The position numbers were made by a program, and so were the translations under genes. A stretch of 64,000 nt of DNA from Carcharhinus longimanus (Eukaryota), in NCBI GenBank assembly GCA_030264375.1, contig JASCQW010000146.1, forward strand, positions 14,512,348-14,576,347, in the 5' to 3' direction. The notes beneath the pieces were generated by a model, which was given only the letters and a program-made list of their open reading frames with translations, searched no databases and had not been told where the DNA came from. Of the stretch, positions 59,938 to 64,000 are shown one piece after another; position 1 is the stretch's first letter, and every line of letters begins with the position of its first letter.

Positions 59938-61714
59938 CTGTGTGGAAGAAAAGAAGCAAAAACAAAGTAAGGAGTTAACAGGAGTATCCAATGATAGTGG
60001 CAGGCCCACCAGGAGTGATTCTCAATGGACTGCCTTACTTTAAGTTTCATTCATAAATGCAATGATAGCTTATTGTTTATTAACTATAAGCAGCAATAAT
60101 GTACTTCACCAGGAAATTATTAAAATAAACGATCGGTAGAATTAGGTAACTATCCATGCCAGCAATGCTGGTTCTGGTACACAGTTAAGCACAATGGCAT
60201 AATTTTCAGACACTGCACAAAAGTTAAATGGAGTAGTTCCAAACTGAAGCTAGATTTCTGTTAATCAAACAGTTCACTGGAAGATCTCATACTTGTTCCT
60301 GAATTAGCTAATAAACATCAGTAACACTGACTTTTATATACCATCTGTAATGCTGACATCATTCTAAGATGCTTCACAACACTGTGAGGAAAGACAAACT
60401 TTGAGTCAATTTTGTGGATGATCATAAACGTGGTCAAAGGAGGATTTTTAAAGAAAAGGGAGTGGAGAGGTTTAGAGAGAAAATTCCAAATAGTGGAACT
60501 TAAGCGCTCAAACAAGAACATACTATCCGATACGATAATATACTAACTGTGACCAATCTGCAATGGTCTGTGAAGTAATATTAAAGCGGCTATGCAATGC
60601 AATGAACAAATATTTGTTGTAATCCTTTATTATAAACCCAATGTCATGATTAAGAATCCTGCCATAGCAAGTTATTGAACTAGAGTGCTGTGTGAACTGG
60701 TACCAGAAAATTGAGCAAAGGTAACAAACTGTTGTAAAACCCAAAATGGTTCATTAATCTGGCCATTCCTACCTTTTCTGATCTACACAAGACTCCAATC
60801 TATACAACTGGTTTATTTAACACCATCCAACACAGCCTACCAAGCCATTCTTGTTAAAAACACTGCTGCAAGAAGGCTGACTACCACCTTCTGAAAATAG
60901 AAACTAAATATGGTCTTGTCATTACTGCCTACATCCCAAGAATAAATTGGAAACTGGTAGCCCAGGACTTTGAGGGCACACAGGTAACCACCATTATATG
61001 TAGGCTGGCACCATTCTGTGATAGAAAATTTAGTATCACTAATTCTGACAATAATGCAGTTCCTGTATCAGTGGTACCGGAACAGATGCACATCAGGTGC
61101 AAGGATATTTCCATTCACTCCAAGTGCTTGTGCATGATGGGTCGAATCAGGGTGAGGTGATGATTATGGGTTATCATTTGGCTGCTGTTAGCTCTGTTCA
61201 GAAAAATCAACAGGAAAGTAATTGACATTAGCAGATACGTCATGCCAATCAATGGGAAAGAACATGATGACCTAATTCATGCTGATTGATGCAACAAGTG
61301 CCTAATCTGCATGTGGCTGGCAGTTGTCCACAATGTACGGGTGCATCTTGATCACCTGCCTTGCCCCATGGGCTTCATTTTCCTGTCGTGGGGAGGAAAT
61401 TGGGGATTATTGCGCGAGTATTCNNNNNNNNNNTTATACTAGCAGAGGCTCTACCACTGAAAGGGCCACAAGAAACATGATGGCCAGGGTTCAGAGTTTC
61501 TGGGTATCAATGGAGATTACGGCAGGAGCTCTCTGTGGTCTGTGGATCTTTCTGGCATCCTTTCATTTTGTGCCACCTGAAACAAAGTGGCAAATTTACA
61601 AGAAACTTACCTCAACTAGTAAAACTAAAGGCTCTGACCAAAATTTTTCTTTAATAAAATTAATTTAAAAATATGAAACATACCTATAACAGCAACACTA
61701 TATTTCATATAAAC

Positions 61715-61975
61715 ATATAGAAAGAAAGACAGACTTTATGACCACAGGATATCCTAAAGTGTTTTATAGCAAATGATGTAATCATTTGTAGTGTAGTAAT
61801 GTAGCAAAAGTAGCAGCCAATTTACACACAAGTACCCACAATCAAGAAATTTTTTTTGTGATGTTGATTGAATTAATATTGGCCAGAACACCAGCAGTAA
61901 CCCCTCTGCTCTTTGAAACTGGGGCATGGGATCTTTTATGTCAATCTGAAACACTAAGAATGGAGGCTCCATAAT
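61715..61975 (-). mobile_element. DeuSINE-like SINE 3' part
   Basis: Minus: 'gacataaaagatcccatgccccagtttcaaagagcagagggg...ttctggccaatatt'. Confidence 0.65.
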
Positions 61976-63759
61976 TGTTATTCAGCCTGAGGTCGGCTAA
62001 TGAAAAGTGAGGAACAGATCCTAAGCCTCGACATGTCTCAGTACTGCATTTAGCCACTAAACTATCAGACAGGTTCTATCACTACTCAATTTTCTGGTTC
62101 AATGTGAGGCTTTGCTCCATTGTAGAAGTGAAATGACAGTTCCATCTAGGTGCAAGTAAAATTGTGGAAATAATCTCTCAAGTGTTAATTCTTGGGGCAT
62201 GTGTGTCATTGGCAAAACCAGCATATTTTGTATATATCTAGTTGTGCAGATGCAACTTAGTTGGTTGCTCAGACTTGTTGGGGGGTTGTCCACGTTAGGA
62301 CGGGATGGGAGTCAAATATAAGTCAGATTGGCTAAGTAGGGCACATTTCCTTTTCTAACAGACTTCAGTAAAAGAGTTTGGTTTTTACAGCAATCTGACT
62401 GTCAACAGTCACTTTTATTGCTATTGACCCTGCACTCTCATCCACACTTTTCATGAAGAGCAACTTTGGTAAATGGCACAAACAATCTGGCATTATCACC
62501 GAAGCCAATTACAAAGGAAAAGCGTATAACATGTTAAATGCACCAGTAGTTTTGGGCAGCTGTCTGTAGATTTTATAAACTTCTAGCTCATTTTGGAGAC
62601 ATGTAAACTGCAAATAAAAGGCAGCAAAAATTAATGCTAATCTGCCTTTTATCACATACTCTTTTACACTGTATGTTTCACATGCTTGGGATTCTTACAA
62701 TTTGGGAAAATAATCTACCATCTACAAGCTCAAAGAGATTCAAACACTGGGGAAGTGCTAATAGGTCCTTTTATTTCCTGGAATGAAAATGAAGCATTTT
62801 TAATTCAATAACATGTTCAGGCACCAAGCTTTCAGTATCATATTCTCTCATAATTTACCATCCACTTCTTAAAGCATAAAACTGCATAAGTACTTAAACA
62901 ACCTCTTTAAGCGCTGGATAAATGCTTTGGTCTTTAGACAGATACATAGTGTTCCAGACAACATTGGGTTGGATTTCATGGTTAGTGACAAAGCAATGAT
63001 GCCCACTGCACATGTTGAACACAGCCGTCTGCAAAGATCTAGCAATCTCTGTGGCATGGATTTCCCCATTCCCAATATCCGTTTGAACCAGGTATCTCGT
63101 CTATAACTGGCAGCAGGGAAAGCAGCCAGTCATATTAAAATATTCCCACTGACAGCAAAGCAGGAAGCAAAAACCCCGAATCCTTCCATTTTTAATTTGA
63201 ATGTGAAATATACGATTGGGACATACACATGGGATCAAGACAGAACTCAAACTAACATTTATTGTTTTTAAATGTGAAATTTCCTTTCAGAATAAAAAAA
63301 TTTGACATTCAACATGTACATAATTACTCTTCAAAGAGCTGCTTAGTAATAATTATAAATGTAATATGTCATTAAGATCCTAATTACAACTTATTAAACA
63401 AGCTTCAGATTTTTTAAAGGATATTTGCAATGAGATTTAATGTGTCAGAATAGATGTTCTCATCAGTTTAATAATATACACAGATTGCATACAAAGGGGA
63501 TCTCAACAGTGCACCCCTGGAGGAGACAATCATTGATAACATCTGGATTTTCACAGGTCGACTGTCTTGTAGATTTTGTTTCACTGCACATGTGTGAACT
63601 CTCAGAAATATATAAAATGGAGCAGGTCACTTTTCGAACCTGCCCTGCCAATCCATAAGATGTAGGGGCAGATGTAGGCCATTGAGCCCATGCAATATGA
63701 CCATGGCTGATCCTCTGGCAGGATGTTGAGTCTGCATTTGCCATCTGCAGGAATGGGGA

Positions 63760-64000
63760 CACAGGCTCAAACTCTGCAGAGTTTGGAAAAGCGCGATTTT
63801 CACTGGCAAGATTGCATTTCCCGATTTTGAACGAACCTCGTAAACGGACAGATGCAGAACATGTTCAGCAAGGGCACAAACGTAATTTGCATGTATTAAC
63901 AAACAGTCACGCTGGCTATTGAGCCCACACCAAATATTCAGTTGGCATTAGCGTGATGTCATTTACAACAGCTCTACATAAAAGTCAACCTGACATCATC
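63760..64000. repeat. Second copy of the 56700-56985 repeat (runs off the window)
   Basis: Direct similarity to 56700-56985. Confidence 0.7.

Noticed and set aside
62869-63105. Minus ORF with a short hydrophobic stretch (AVGIIALSLTMKSN) as the CATSPER4 S1 exon
   Set aside because: Lacks the N-(A)-x-x-I-A-L-x-T pattern and a full TM helix, and has no convincing phase-0 donor to join 59937.

Overview
Vertebrate genomic DNA, almost certainly from a shark (cartilaginous fish), judged from its HE1-type SINEs, CR1/HER1-like LINEs, DeuSINE-like and Penelope-derived repeats. It is a gapped scaffold with many 100-N gaps. Two protein-coding genes are supported, and they converge. (1) A single-coding-exon claudin-23-like gene on + (14287-14880, 197 aa). 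(2) The 3' eight coding exons of CATSPER4, a sperm calcium channel alpha subunit, on - (59937 down to 29394). All eight junctions are GT-AG and phase-consistent, giving 374 aa that cover S2-S6, the TQDGW pore motif and the C-terminal coiled coil. The N-terminus/S1 exons appear to lie beyond 64000. The rest is mostly decayed mobile DNA: CR1, L2, RTE-like and Rex1-like LINEs, SINEs, a Gypsy element with a nested CR1, a solo LTR, PIF/Harbinger relics and Penelope-type ends with hammerhead-like cores. I found no convincing wholly new biological system. The best leads are an S4 with four periodic arginines in this CATSPER4, a short-tailed CLDN23 paralogue at a locus different from mammalian CLDN23, and an orphan + strand micro-exon together with a bidirectional poly(A) site. 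Family assignments come from recalled motifs, not from searches, and repeat boundaries are approximate.
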